DNA from: a virus | Taxonomy: Duplodnaviria > Caudoviricetes | DNA: 39,237 nt | Strand: one strand, 5' to 3' | Virus record (IMG/VR): IMGVR_UViG_3300050195_000096 | Coordinates: 1-39,237 of that record | Part shown: in pieces, positions 8,098 through 15,975 of the stretch | Layout: every line of letters starts with the position of its first letter | How positions within the stretch are numbered: the stretch's first letter is position 1 | The notes under the pieces: model-generated | Database searches by the model: none | Seen by the model: the letters and a program-made list of their open reading frames with translations, nothing else | Told to the model about the DNA's origin: nothing | Translations under genes and position numbers: made by a program

Positions 8098-8867
8098 AAC
8101 TCAACGACTACAAGAATTCTGCAACCGTCAGGCTGCTAGTCTATGGCGGACCAAAGACGGGCAAGACCAGCCTTGCCGGGCGGCTTGCAGATACTAAGAA
8201 ACTTTGGTGGTTCGATCTGGAATCTGGAATCTCCAGTCTGCTGAAAGGTGGATATAATATTGGCAACATTGAATACTTCAAGCTGCCAGATTCTCAAGGC
8301 TACCCAATCGCGGTAGAGACACTCCTTAAAGTTATCAAAGGTGGAGAACAAAAGATCTGCCACGCTCATGGAAAAGTAAATTGCCCGCAATGCAAGACAC
8401 CTGAACTCTTCTCCGTTATCAATGTGGATAAGTTTGGAACAGATGACGTTCTGGTGATTGATTCAGTTTCTCAACTCAGTCAATCAATCATGAACTATAT
8501 CTTGAAGGACAGACTGGTTAAGGATCAAGAGGCGAAACCTACCTTTGATGACTGGTCACGTTCAGGACTGTTGCTGGATCGAATCTTCAGCATCTTGCAG
8601 AACGCAAATTTCAATGTCGCCTGCATCAGCCATGAGTCTATGGTGGAGATGGAAGATGGCAGAAAGAAGATGGTGCCGATTGCTGGATCGTCCAATGTCA
8701 GCAAAGTTTTTGCTAAGTTCTTCGATGAAGTAGTTTACACTGAGATCATGAACAAGCGATTCAAAGCTTACTCATCTGCGGAGACCTGCTCAGTGAATGC
8801 CGTCGTAGGATCTCGTAGTGGTCTTATCTTAGATGACAAGACAACAATCTCTAAGCTCTTCACCTGA
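8094..8867 (+). CDS. Sak4-like (AAA_24) ATPase / single-strand annealing protein
   Basis: LVYGGPKTGKT, FDLESG, LVIDSVSQ, ISHE, FDEV; internal CHAHGKVNCPQC metal-binding insert. Confidence 0.8.
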   Translation: MKLNDYKNSATVRLLVYGGPKTGKTSLAGRLADTKKLWWFDLESGISSLLKGGYNIGNIEYFKLPDSQGYPIAVETLLKVIKGGEQKICHAHGKVNCPQCKTPELFSVINVDKFGTDDVLVIDSVSQLSQSIMNYILKDRLVKDQEAKPTFDDWSRSGLLLDRIFSILQNANFNVACISHESMVEMEDGRKKMVPIAGSSNVSKVFAKFFDEVVYTEIMNKRFKAYSSAETCSVNAVVGSRSGLILDDKTTISKLFT

Positions 8868-8884
8868 GTTGAAAAGGAAGGATC

Positions 8885-9121
8885 ATGTTCTCCATTAACC
8901 AAACCGTGCGACTTGTTCGTAAGATTGAGCAAGAGATTCCTAAGGCTGTGAAGGCTATCCAAGTAGTAGAATCTACAATCTACTGCATTGAGATTAAAGA
9001 GTCTGGAGTTACCTACATCTTGGCTTCCGGCCACCACTGCGCAGAGGGTGAGCTTTGCGAGCCAGTGTATGAGTGGGCGTTCCTCCAACTGTTGAGCAAT
9101 GTTCTTAACAAGGAGAATTGA
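8885..9121 (+). CDS. hypothetical protein
   Basis: 78 aa, AGGAAGGA RBS. Confidence 0.6.
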   Translation: MFSINQTVRLVRKIEQEIPKAVKAIQVVESTIYCIEIKESGVTYILASGHHCAEGELCEPVYEWAFLQLLSNVLNKEN

Positions 9122-9555
9122 AAATGGAAAAGATGGAAAAGACTATTGAAGTTAACGGTATCCGTTATTGCTCGGTACCTGAGCTGTCTACGCATAACTG
9201 CTATGGCTGCATTGCAGATACTGCGCTGTGCGCTGCCGTTAATGGCGACAACAGTTGCCGCGGCATCATTTGGATTAAGGAAGTAGCTGGAACTGGGGTT
9301 GATGCCATCCTCACTGAGCGCGGATCGCGTTACGGTGAATTCGACAAACATGCCTACATCACGCAAGAATTGAAAGCTATCATGCGGGATACGGACAACT
9401 GGAAAAATGACAAGCTGACTCCGGATATGAAGGAAGCACTTGAAATGATCCAGCATAAGATCGGACGAATCCTCAATGGTGATCCTTTCTACAAAGATTC
9501 TTGGGTAGACATCGAAGGCTATGCCAAGCTTGTCTCCAAGACTCTCAAGGATTAA
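9118..9555 (+). CDS. DUF6378-like helical nucleotide-metabolism protein with N-terminal Cys-rich domain
   Basis: ILTERGSRYG...KIGRILNGDP..DSWVDIEGYA; N-terminal CxxC..C..C. Confidence 0.7.
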   Translation: MKMEKMEKTIEVNGIRYCSVPELSTHNCYGCIADTALCAAVNGDNSCRGIIWIKEVAGTGVDAILTERGSRYGEFDKHAYITQELKAIMRDTDNWKNDKLTPDMKEALEMIQHKIGRILNGDPFYKDSWVDIEGYAKLVSKTLKD

Positions 9556-9565
9556 CATTCCAAAT

Positions 9566-9646
9566 ATGTTCACTGGTAGATTGAACATTAAAATATCTAC
9601 CATCAACCTACCAACTGTAAACTTGTAAACTTGAAAGAACTGAACC
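9566..9646 (+). promoter_or_regulatory. H-type pseudoknot plus unstructured leader (candidate SSB translational operator)
   Basis: ATGTTCA 9566-72 / TGAACAT 9582-88; TGGTAGAT 9574-81 / ATCTACCA 9595-9602; then TGTAAACT repeats. Confidence 0.65.
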
Positions 9647-10108
9647 ATGTCCACGAACCAAAACCAAAAGTTTGACGCTGCTTCCCTGCTTGATAGCAAC
9701 ATTGAAGACCTGCGTGAGCTTCCCGGATTTGAAGTTCCCACTCCCGGTATCTATAACCTGCTTGCAACTACCGCACTGAAGGAGATCAATAATTCCACTT
9801 GCGTTGAACTCTCTGTGACTGTTGTTTCTTGTGAAGAACAGGATGATCCCACGGCTACGCCAACCATGCCCGGAACTAAGTCTAGTATGCTTTTCGATCT
9901 GTCGCGGGACTTTGCAGTTTCAGATATGAAGAAAGTTCTGAAGCCATTCGCTGAACATACTGGTATCAGTAATCTTCGCCAACTTGTTGAAGAAGCAATC
10001 AACGATATGCAGATCATTGCAAAGGTCGGACGCCGCGCAGGTAAGGTAAAGAATCCCGGCGATCCGGTTAAGTTCTTCATGAACATCAGCAATATCACCA
10101 TTCTGTAA
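9647..10108 (+). CDS. DUF669-like single-stranded DNA-binding protein
   Basis: acidic N-terminus, FEVPTPGIYNL (P.G.Y motif), beta-rich; position after Cas4-like nuclease and Sak4. Confidence 0.7.
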   Translation: MSTNQNQKFDAASLLDSNIEDLRELPGFEVPTPGIYNLLATTALKEINNSTCVELSVTVVSCEEQDDPTATPTMPGTKSSMLFDLSRDFAVSDMKKVLKPFAEHTGISNLRQLVEEAINDMQIIAKVGRRAGKVKNPGDPVKFFMNISNITIL

Positions 10109-10131
10109 GGCTTAGGCCTAAGTAACACATT

Positions 10132-10163
10132 AGGCTGGAAAGGGAAACCTTTCTGGCCTTTTT
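10132..10163 (+). terminator. Rho-independent terminator after SSB
   Basis: AGGCTGGAAAGG-GAAA-CCTTTCTGGCCT followed by T run. Confidence 0.8.
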
Positions 10164-10179
10164 ACTGGGGAAAATAAAA

Positions 10180-10413
10180 GTGGCTGAAAAGATTAAGTTC
10201 CCTCGCGGGACCATGATAAGAAACAAGACTTCAAACAAACTGTTCTATGTCTTAGATACTCCTCAAAGATGCAGGATGTTCTTAGGAGATAAGCCGGCTT
10301 ATGCCATATCTCCATACATTAAGCGAGATGGATCTGTGCCAATGCCTGCGGACCTAACTATAACTATCTACGAACAGTCTACTGCTGAAGCTTTGTTTGT
10401 AATTGTTCTTTGA
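10180..10413 (+). CDS. hypothetical protein
   Basis: 77 aa, GTG start after GGGGA. Confidence 0.55.
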   Translation: MAEKIKFPRGTMIRNKTSNKLFYVLDTPQRCRMFLGDKPAYAISPYIKRDGSVPMPADLTITIYEQSTAEALFVIVL

Positions 10414-10420
10414 GGAAGCT

Positions 10421-10843
10421 ATGAAAACCATGATTGCAAAACGTACAGAAGTACCCAAAGAAATTCTGCAAGCTCTTGACTTGCTTGGGGGATATGCAAC
10501 GGTGGATCAATTGATAGTGCGTACAGGCTATTGCAGAGATTGGACGGTGAAGCAAGTCCAAAACTTACTGATAGATGGCATTCTGCAAAGATCGGCACTA
10601 ATGCCATACATCTACTCACGGGCCGGTGGCCCACTCACAAAGCGTGAGATAATTCCCGGAACGCGTGATGGTTTGATTGCACTAACTAAGCAATATCTTC
10701 ATTGGACGGGAGATACGACGCCAGCTCTTCGCTACGCTCTTCGAGACAAGCGACACGTTCCTACTTTGGAGAGCATTCAAAAGATAGCTGAGTTAGCTGG
10801 CTATGAAATTATCCTAGTTCCTAAAAAGGACTTTGCAGAATGA
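10421..10843 (+). CDS. putative two-HTH DNA-binding protein
   Basis: N-terminal wHTH-like ATVDQLIVRTGYCRDWTVKQVQNLLIDGIL; C-terminal Xre-like PTLESIQKIAELAGYEIILVPK; GAGGA RBS. Confidence 0.6.
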   Translation: MKTMIAKRTEVPKEILQALDLLGGYATVDQLIVRTGYCRDWTVKQVQNLLIDGILQRSALMPYIYSRAGGPLTKREIIPGTRDGLIALTKQYLHWTGDTTPALRYALRDKRHVPTLESIQKIAELAGYEIILVPKKDFAE

Positions 10844-13179
10844 TCGACAATCGAACACTCCTAGGAATCTTCACCTTAGAAGATCGCCCCTACTTCTACC
10901 GACTAACGGCATTGTCCCCGCGCACGGTAATCAAATCTGCTAATACGCATCCTAAATCTGCAAAAGATTTGACACTGCTCGCCAATAGTATCAATGCACG
11001 TGCCGTCGTAACTACTTCCTTGCAACTGCTACATAGTCTGTTAGAAGCTACTCCAGACTATCGCAATGCGCAGGGAGCTAGGAAGCTGTCACTGGATGAT
11101 TATGCAGGGAGCATTTTAGATTCTCCACCTGTGGGTCCGATCAAGGGCGTGGAAGTTCTTATCCTTAACCCACTTGAGCACTTGATAAAAGTATCTCATG
11201 CACCATTCATCTTCACTCATTACTTAGACAAACTGCTGCGTCCCGAAGCGTTCGCCGACATTCCACGATTCTCTTGGAATCTGTTAGATTCCGTCGAGGC
11301 ATGTAAAGAGTTTCTAAAACTCATGGACTCGGCAAAGCTATGCTCGATCGACATTGAAACCTTGCCGAATGATCCACAAAGATTGATCGACTGCTGTTCT
11401 TGGACGCTACTGTTCGCAGACTCATCTACTAAGACTGTCGTTATTCCAATCAAGGAAGTTTGGCAATGGGATTGGATGAAGATATTCAATAAGCATCCAT
11501 GCCCTAAAGTAATGCAGAATGGACTCTATGACTCGACATACTTCTGTAGATGGAATGCTCCAGTTACTAACTGGATCGGTGATACTCTCGTTCTATTCCA
11601 TTCATGGTATTCTGAACTTCCTAGGAGACTGGACTTCATTGCTAGTTTCTCAATTAGAAAGATCCGCTACTGGAAAGATGATGGTAAAACTGGTGATCTC
11701 ATGGATCATTACCGCTACAATGGACTGGATACATGGGCCACGCTTCACTCTTTTATCTATCTGCTAGCCAAGGCTCCGCTTCATGCAAAAACAAACTATC
11801 TCATTAACTTTCCTAAAGTATTCCCGTCGCTCTCATGCGCGCTTGAAGGTATTGCTGTTGACTTTGAGAAACTGGAACACGTCAGGACCAAAGTGGATGC
11901 GGAGGCTAGTGAAGAACTCAACCGGATCAGATACTTGCTCGACGAGCCAGACTTCAATCCGGCTAGTCCCGTTCAAGTTACAAAGCTATTTGAATTGCTC
12001 AAATGTGGGAGTCTCCCAGACACGGCCGCGGCGAGTATGCTTAAAGCAAGAGCAGCTAGTTCATTAAATGATGTGATTTTGGGGGCAATTGTAGCTTATA
12101 AGAAAAAGAAAAAGCTTAGCTCAACCTATTATGTCCCAGAGAAATTCTGGTTAGGTCGTTGCTTCTATTCATTGAATCCAGCAGCTACAGATACGAACCG
12201 CATGGCAAGCAAGGAAAGCGCATTTTGGTGTGGTCTGCAGATCCAGAACATCCCAAGAGGTGATGCAGTGAAGCAGTTCATACATGCAGATGTAGGCTGG
12301 AGCTTGGCGGAAGTAGATAAGAAAGCCAGTGAGTCCAGATGCGTTGGTTATCTGTCAGGTGAAACTAAGTTGATAGATCTTGTTGAGAGCGATAAAGACT
12401 TTCACAGTTGGAATGCCTCAGCATTTTTTGGAATTCCCTACGATCAGATCTGGGATATTCCTAAGAATAAAGCAAAAGATAAAAAACTTAGAGATCTGGC
12501 CAAGCGTGTAAATCATGGAGCTTCTTACTGTATGGGGGCATCTGTGCTTTGTGATACTATGGGACCGAAGGCGGTACTCGAAGCTAAGAGGCTGTTAAAC
12601 CTTGATCCTAGTTGGGGACTTCAACAAGTCTGTGAGCACCTTCTAAAGACATTCAGTGGGGCGTACCCAAAAGTGCAGGCAGATTGGTATCAGGATGTGA
12701 CAAATTCCATAAGAGTTTCTGGTCAATTAGTCTCACCACTCGGCTGGACTAGAAAGTTCTTTGGAAAGCCTTGGGCGAATAAACCAGACCGCAATGCAGC
12801 CATAGCGCATGGACCGCAAAATCTAAGTGTTGCCATGCTTCAGGAAGAGTTTTATCAAATGTGGAGAACAACGGTTTATGGTGGATACTTCAAACCTGCG
12901 AAGATCATTCCCTTCTATGCATGGACTAGGGGGGACGTTGAGGTAACGTATAAGACTTCAAAACTCATTGCTACCAGTGTAAGGCTAAAAGCGCAAATCC
13001 ACGATTCATTGTTCTTTCAATATAAGAATGACGTGGATGAAGAAGAGTTAATGAGAGAAGTGCTAGATCTGATGAACACTCCAGTAGATGTTACGGCACC
13101 TGATGGAGTTGTCAGAACACTTCTCATCCCCTCTGATGCTGCATATGGCAATGCAACTTACTGGAGTGATATTAAATGA
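10840..13179 (+). CDS. family A DNA polymerase with 3'-5' exonuclease
   Basis: Exo I SIDIET, Exo II QNGLYD, Exo III YNGLD; QIQNIPR; motif A DKKASESR, motif B RDLAKRVNHGASY, motif C QIHDS. Confidence 0.95.
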   Translation: MIDNRTLLGIFTLEDRPYFYRLTALSPRTVIKSANTHPKSAKDLTLLANSINARAVVTTSLQLLHSLLEATPDYRNAQGARKLSLDDYAGSILDSPPVGPIKGVEVLILNPLEHLIKVSHAPFIFTHYLDKLLRPEAFADIPRFSWNLLDSVEACKEFLKLMDSAKLCSIDIETLPNDPQRLIDCCSWTLLFADSSTKTVVIPIKEVWQWDWMKIFNKHPCPKVMQNGLYDSTYFCRWNAPVTNWIGDTLVLFHSWYSELPRRLDFIASFSIRKIRYWKDDGKTGDLMDHYRYNGLDTWATLHSFIYLLAKAPLHAKTNYLINFPKVFPSLSCALEGIAVDFEKLEHVRTKVDAEASEELNRIRYLLDEPDFNPASPVQVTKLFELLKCGSLPDTAAASMLKARAASSLNDVILGAIVAYKKKKKLSSTYYVPEKFWLGRCFYSLNPAATDTNRMASKESAFWCGLQIQNIPRGDAVKQFIHADVGWSLAEVDKKASESRCVGYLSGETKLIDLVESDKDFHSWNASAFFGIPYDQIWDIPKNKAKDKKLRDLAKRVNHGASYCMGASVLCDTMGPKAVLEAKRLLNLDPSWGLQQVCEHLLKTFSGAYPKVQADWYQDVTNSIRVSGQLVSPLGWTRKFFGKPWANKPDRNAAIAHGPQNLSVAMLQEEFYQMWRTTVYGGYFKPAKIIPFYAWTRGDVEVTYKTSKLIATSVRLKAQIHDSLFFQYKNDVDEEELMREVLDLMNTPVDVTAPDGVVRTLLIPSDAAYGNATYWSDIK

Positions 13180-13199
13180 TCCAGAGGAACTAACCAAGC

Positions 13200-14414
13200 A
13201 TGAACTCTCCCGACTTATTTCTAGCCTATCGGGATTTTGTTGGGAAGAGTGAGGCTCCCGGCATTTATCATCGTTGGGCACTTACAGGCATTATTGCCGC
13301 AAACTTAGGGCGCCAGTTTCATCTTCAGTTTGGAGAGGGTAGGATTATTCCTAACCTATTCACAATGCTAGTAGGTGAACCGGGCGCACGCAAATCAAGT
13401 GCCATCAAATTAGCCAGTAAAGTCCTAGCTGCTACAGGTTACAATAAATTTGCAGCAGAGAAAACAAGCAAAGAGAAGTTCCTAGCAGATCTGGCAACTC
13501 AAGGGGATGCAGACTCTTTTGACATTTTCACAGTCTCCAATGCGGCAGAGGTTTTGATAAATGCTGATGAGTTCAATGAGTTCGTGGGAACTGGTAACAT
13601 TGAGTTCCTGTCCCTACTTGGGGCTTTATGGGATTGGGATTCAGATGATAGACCATTTAGCCAACGACTGAAAAATAGTAAACCAATTGAAATTCATCAG
13701 CCGACATTGAATATCTTAGCAGGTAACACTACTGAGAACCTGGCCCGTGCAATTCCTGCCGAAGCCTTAGGTCAGGGATTTGCATCAAGACTCCTTCTCA
13801 TTCACTCGGAGCCTTCAGGAGTTAAGATTCCATTTCCAGAGAAAGCTCCAGAACATCTAAAGTCTGCGGTTGTAGATATTTTGATAAGAATGAAGTCAGA
13901 GGTTCAAGGAACCGCCGCCATAGACTTCGATGCTAAGGAGGCACTTTCCGCAATCTATATGACATTTGAGGAACTCGATGACATTCGATTGAAACACTAC
14001 AGCTCTAGGCGGCACACTCAATTGCTCAAACTCTGCCTGATCGTTGCGGCTTCTCGAATTTCTACAACGATTTCACTCATTGATGTGATTAAAGCAAATA
14101 CAATCCTATCATTTGCTGAGCGATCCATGCATAAAGCGTTAGGTGAGATAGGTAAGAATAAAAACTCAGAAGTCTCAAGTGCAATCATGAAGATACTCTA
14201 TGAGACTCGCATACCTGTTGGAGCACTTGAATTATTCAAGCACCTATCCACGGAAGTGGATGGGCCATCAGAGTTGAATAAGATTCTGGGGGGACTTCTC
14301 CTAGCTGGAAGAGTTCAATCAGTTGGTGATGGCTATTTACCTGTTCTAAAAGTAGCTAAGTCTGTTCTTCCGTACACAAATCCTGTCTACCTTAAGGGGT
14401 ATGAAATTGGCTAA
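13200..14414 (+). CDS. DUF3987-like P-loop helicase with C-terminal winged helix
   Basis: NLFTMLVGEPGARKSSA (Walker A), INADEF (Walker B), QGFASRLL (Arg finger). Confidence 0.8.
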   Translation: MNSPDLFLAYRDFVGKSEAPGIYHRWALTGIIAANLGRQFHLQFGEGRIIPNLFTMLVGEPGARKSSAIKLASKVLAATGYNKFAAEKTSKEKFLADLATQGDADSFDIFTVSNAAEVLINADEFNEFVGTGNIEFLSLLGALWDWDSDDRPFSQRLKNSKPIEIHQPTLNILAGNTTENLARAIPAEALGQGFASRLLLIHSEPSGVKIPFPEKAPEHLKSAVVDILIRMKSEVQGTAAIDFDAKEALSAIYMTFEELDDIRLKHYSSRRHTQLLKLCLIVAASRISTTISLIDVIKANTILSFAERSMHKALGEIGKNKNSEVSSAIMKILYETRIPVGALELFKHLSTEVDGPSELNKILGGLLLAGRVQSVGDGYLPVLKVAKSVLPYTNPVYLKGYEIG

Positions 14415-14574
14415 AGCTGGAAACGAAGAGTTGATTGCCCTCTATGCTTCACAGTGGTTAGAGGCATTGAAGAATCTGACCCGAACCACGAATGAGGGAT
14501 CATCTGCAGACATTATTGTAGCAGCCTGTAAATTTGTAACAGTGAACCAAAAACTTGAGGAAGCAAAGAAATGA
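14401..14574 (+). CDS. small hypothetical protein (57 aa, absent from ORF track)
   Basis: MKLAKAGNEELIALYASQW...EEAKK*; AAGGGG RBS; ATGA overlap with next gene. Confidence 0.65.
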   Translation: MKLAKAGNEELIALYASQWLEALKNLTRTTNEGSSADIIVAACKFVTVNQKLEEAKK

Positions 14575-14984
14575 CAAGTCCTAACATTCAAAAAGATCAA
14601 GCAGCCTTCCGACTTGCGGGTAAGCAGGGAAGTGATCTTTACCTTGCCGAGAAGTTAATCATGGAGGAAGTAGGTCAAGAGCTTCTGCCAAATCTGCGAA
14701 AGTTCCAAGAAGCTCCTACGATCGAGAACAAAGCTCTGGTCTTTGATGATATTGTGGATAGTGTGTATGTACTAATGAATCTGGCCAATGATCTGGACAT
14801 TCCCTTTGAGGCTGGGTGGCAAGAAGTACACCGTGCGAATATGGATAAGTTTCGTAATGGACTAATCAAGAACTCTGCAGGAAAGGTAATGAAGCCGCTG
14901 GACTGGAAGCCGCCGCAAATGTGGGATGTACTATTTAAGCACATCAGTGAGAAGAGTCCCGACGGTCAACTGAACTTGTTCTAA
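14571..14984 (+). CDS. MazG/PRA-PH-like NTP pyrophosphohydrolase
   Basis: LIMEE..E, DDIVDSVYV, EVHRANMDK, GKVMKPLDWKPP. Confidence 0.85.
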   Translation: MTSPNIQKDQAAFRLAGKQGSDLYLAEKLIMEEVGQELLPNLRKFQEAPTIENKALVFDDIVDSVYVLMNLANDLDIPFEAGWQEVHRANMDKFRNGLIKNSAGKVMKPLDWKPPQMWDVLFKHISEKSPDGQLNLF

Positions 14985-14994
14985 TCCTTTACCC

Positions 14995-15282
14995 TTGGAG
15001 ATTGAAATGAAATTCCGCTACATTGTCATTGATTGGGAATGGGCCGAAGGCCCTTACGGTGTAGATAATCTCGCTGATGCTTTGCAGTGGGCAAGTCAAG
15101 ATTGCCATACCGTAGTAGATGTTGTGACTGGCAAGTTGATTGGCACCACCTCTGACGAGGTTAAGCCGGTATTTTGGATTGAAGATGAAGATGAAGATGA
15201 AGATGAAGATGATCAAGGTCGTACCATTCACCCATCGCTGATTAAAGATCCAGAGGAAGATACCCCTGAGGGTGAACGCTAA
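14995..15282 (+). CDS. acidic hypothetical protein
   Basis: 95 aa (ATG 15007 after GGAG is the more likely start); EDEDEDEDEDD run. Confidence 0.65.
   Translation: MEIEMKFRYIVIDWEWAEGPYGVDNLADALQWASQDCHTVVDVVTGKLIGTTSDEVKPVFWIEDEDEDEDEDDQGRTIHPSLIKDPEEDTPEGER
15181..15210 (+). repeat. (GAAGAT)5 coding microsatellite
   Basis: five tandem hexamers encoding (ED)5. Confidence 0.9.
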
Positions 15283-15911
15283 TGGCATCAGTTCGACTCA
15301 TTGCAGTCACTAAGCCTGCCATTGATGGAATCGAATCTGCAGGTGGCCTGATCTCCTACGCAGCCTGCGTGAGTAATCCTGGAAATCAGATGAACATGGA
15401 GACTTCTCCGAAGCTCTTAGATTATCTGAAACGAAACTCACACTGGTCACCGTTCGAGATGGCAAGTATGACGGTGGAGATTAAGACTACTCGTGCAATT
15501 GCCCGACAGATCCTGCGCCATCGTAGCTTTTCATTTCAAGAGTTCAGCCAACGCTATGCCGTGGCAGATCTAGAGATGGTGGAAAGTGAGGTGCGCACTC
15601 AGGATAATAAGAACCGGCAAAATAGTCATGAAGTGGATGATAAGGATCTTCAAGAAACTTGGGCTGCCTACCAAGAGTTCGTCTGGGTAAATGCAAAGGC
15701 AGCCTACACTAAGGCAATTGAGCAGGGAATTGCAAAAGAGGTGGCAAGAAATCTGCTACCTGAGGGACTGACACCGAGCACCATCTATATGGCTGGAACT
15801 TTCAGGAGTTTCATCCATTACTGTGATCTTCGTACTGAGGCTGGAACTCAGAAGGAGCATCGAGAGATTGCAGAGAAGATTAAGCTAATTGTTCAGGATC
15901 AGTTGAAGTAA
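15282..15911 (+). CDS. thyX: flavin-dependent thymidylate synthase
   Basis: HWSPFE, signature RHRSFSFQEFSQRY, KEVARNLLP, TQKEHREIA. Confidence 0.95.
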   Translation: MASVRLIAVTKPAIDGIESAGGLISYAACVSNPGNQMNMETSPKLLDYLKRNSHWSPFEMASMTVEIKTTRAIARQILRHRSFSFQEFSQRYAVADLEMVESEVRTQDNKNRQNSHEVDDKDLQETWAAYQEFVWVNAKAAYTKAIEQGIAKEVARNLLPEGLTPSTIYMAGTFRSFIHYCDLRTEAGTQKEHREIAEKIKLIVQDQLK

Positions 15912-15951
15912 AAAGAAAGCCCGCAAACCGGAAACGGCTGCGGGCTTTTTT
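15911..15951. terminator. bidirectional Rho-independent terminator between converging arms
   Basis: A-rich run, AAAGCCCGCA..CCG-GAAA-CGG..TGCGGGCTTT, T run. Confidence 0.9.
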
Positions 15952-15975
15952 ACGTCTGGACTTTATAGCTTAGTT

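Noticed and set aside
9013-9741. 242-aa minus-strand ORF
   Set aside because: Antisense to three coherent + strand genes and crosses the SSB leader; no motifs
9118-15911. Modified-base (dZ, 7-deazaguanine, hmU) DNA system
   Set aside because: MazG-like, DUF6378-like and ThyX genes are present, but no PurZ, Que/Dpd, dCMP deaminase or hydroxymethylase was recognised
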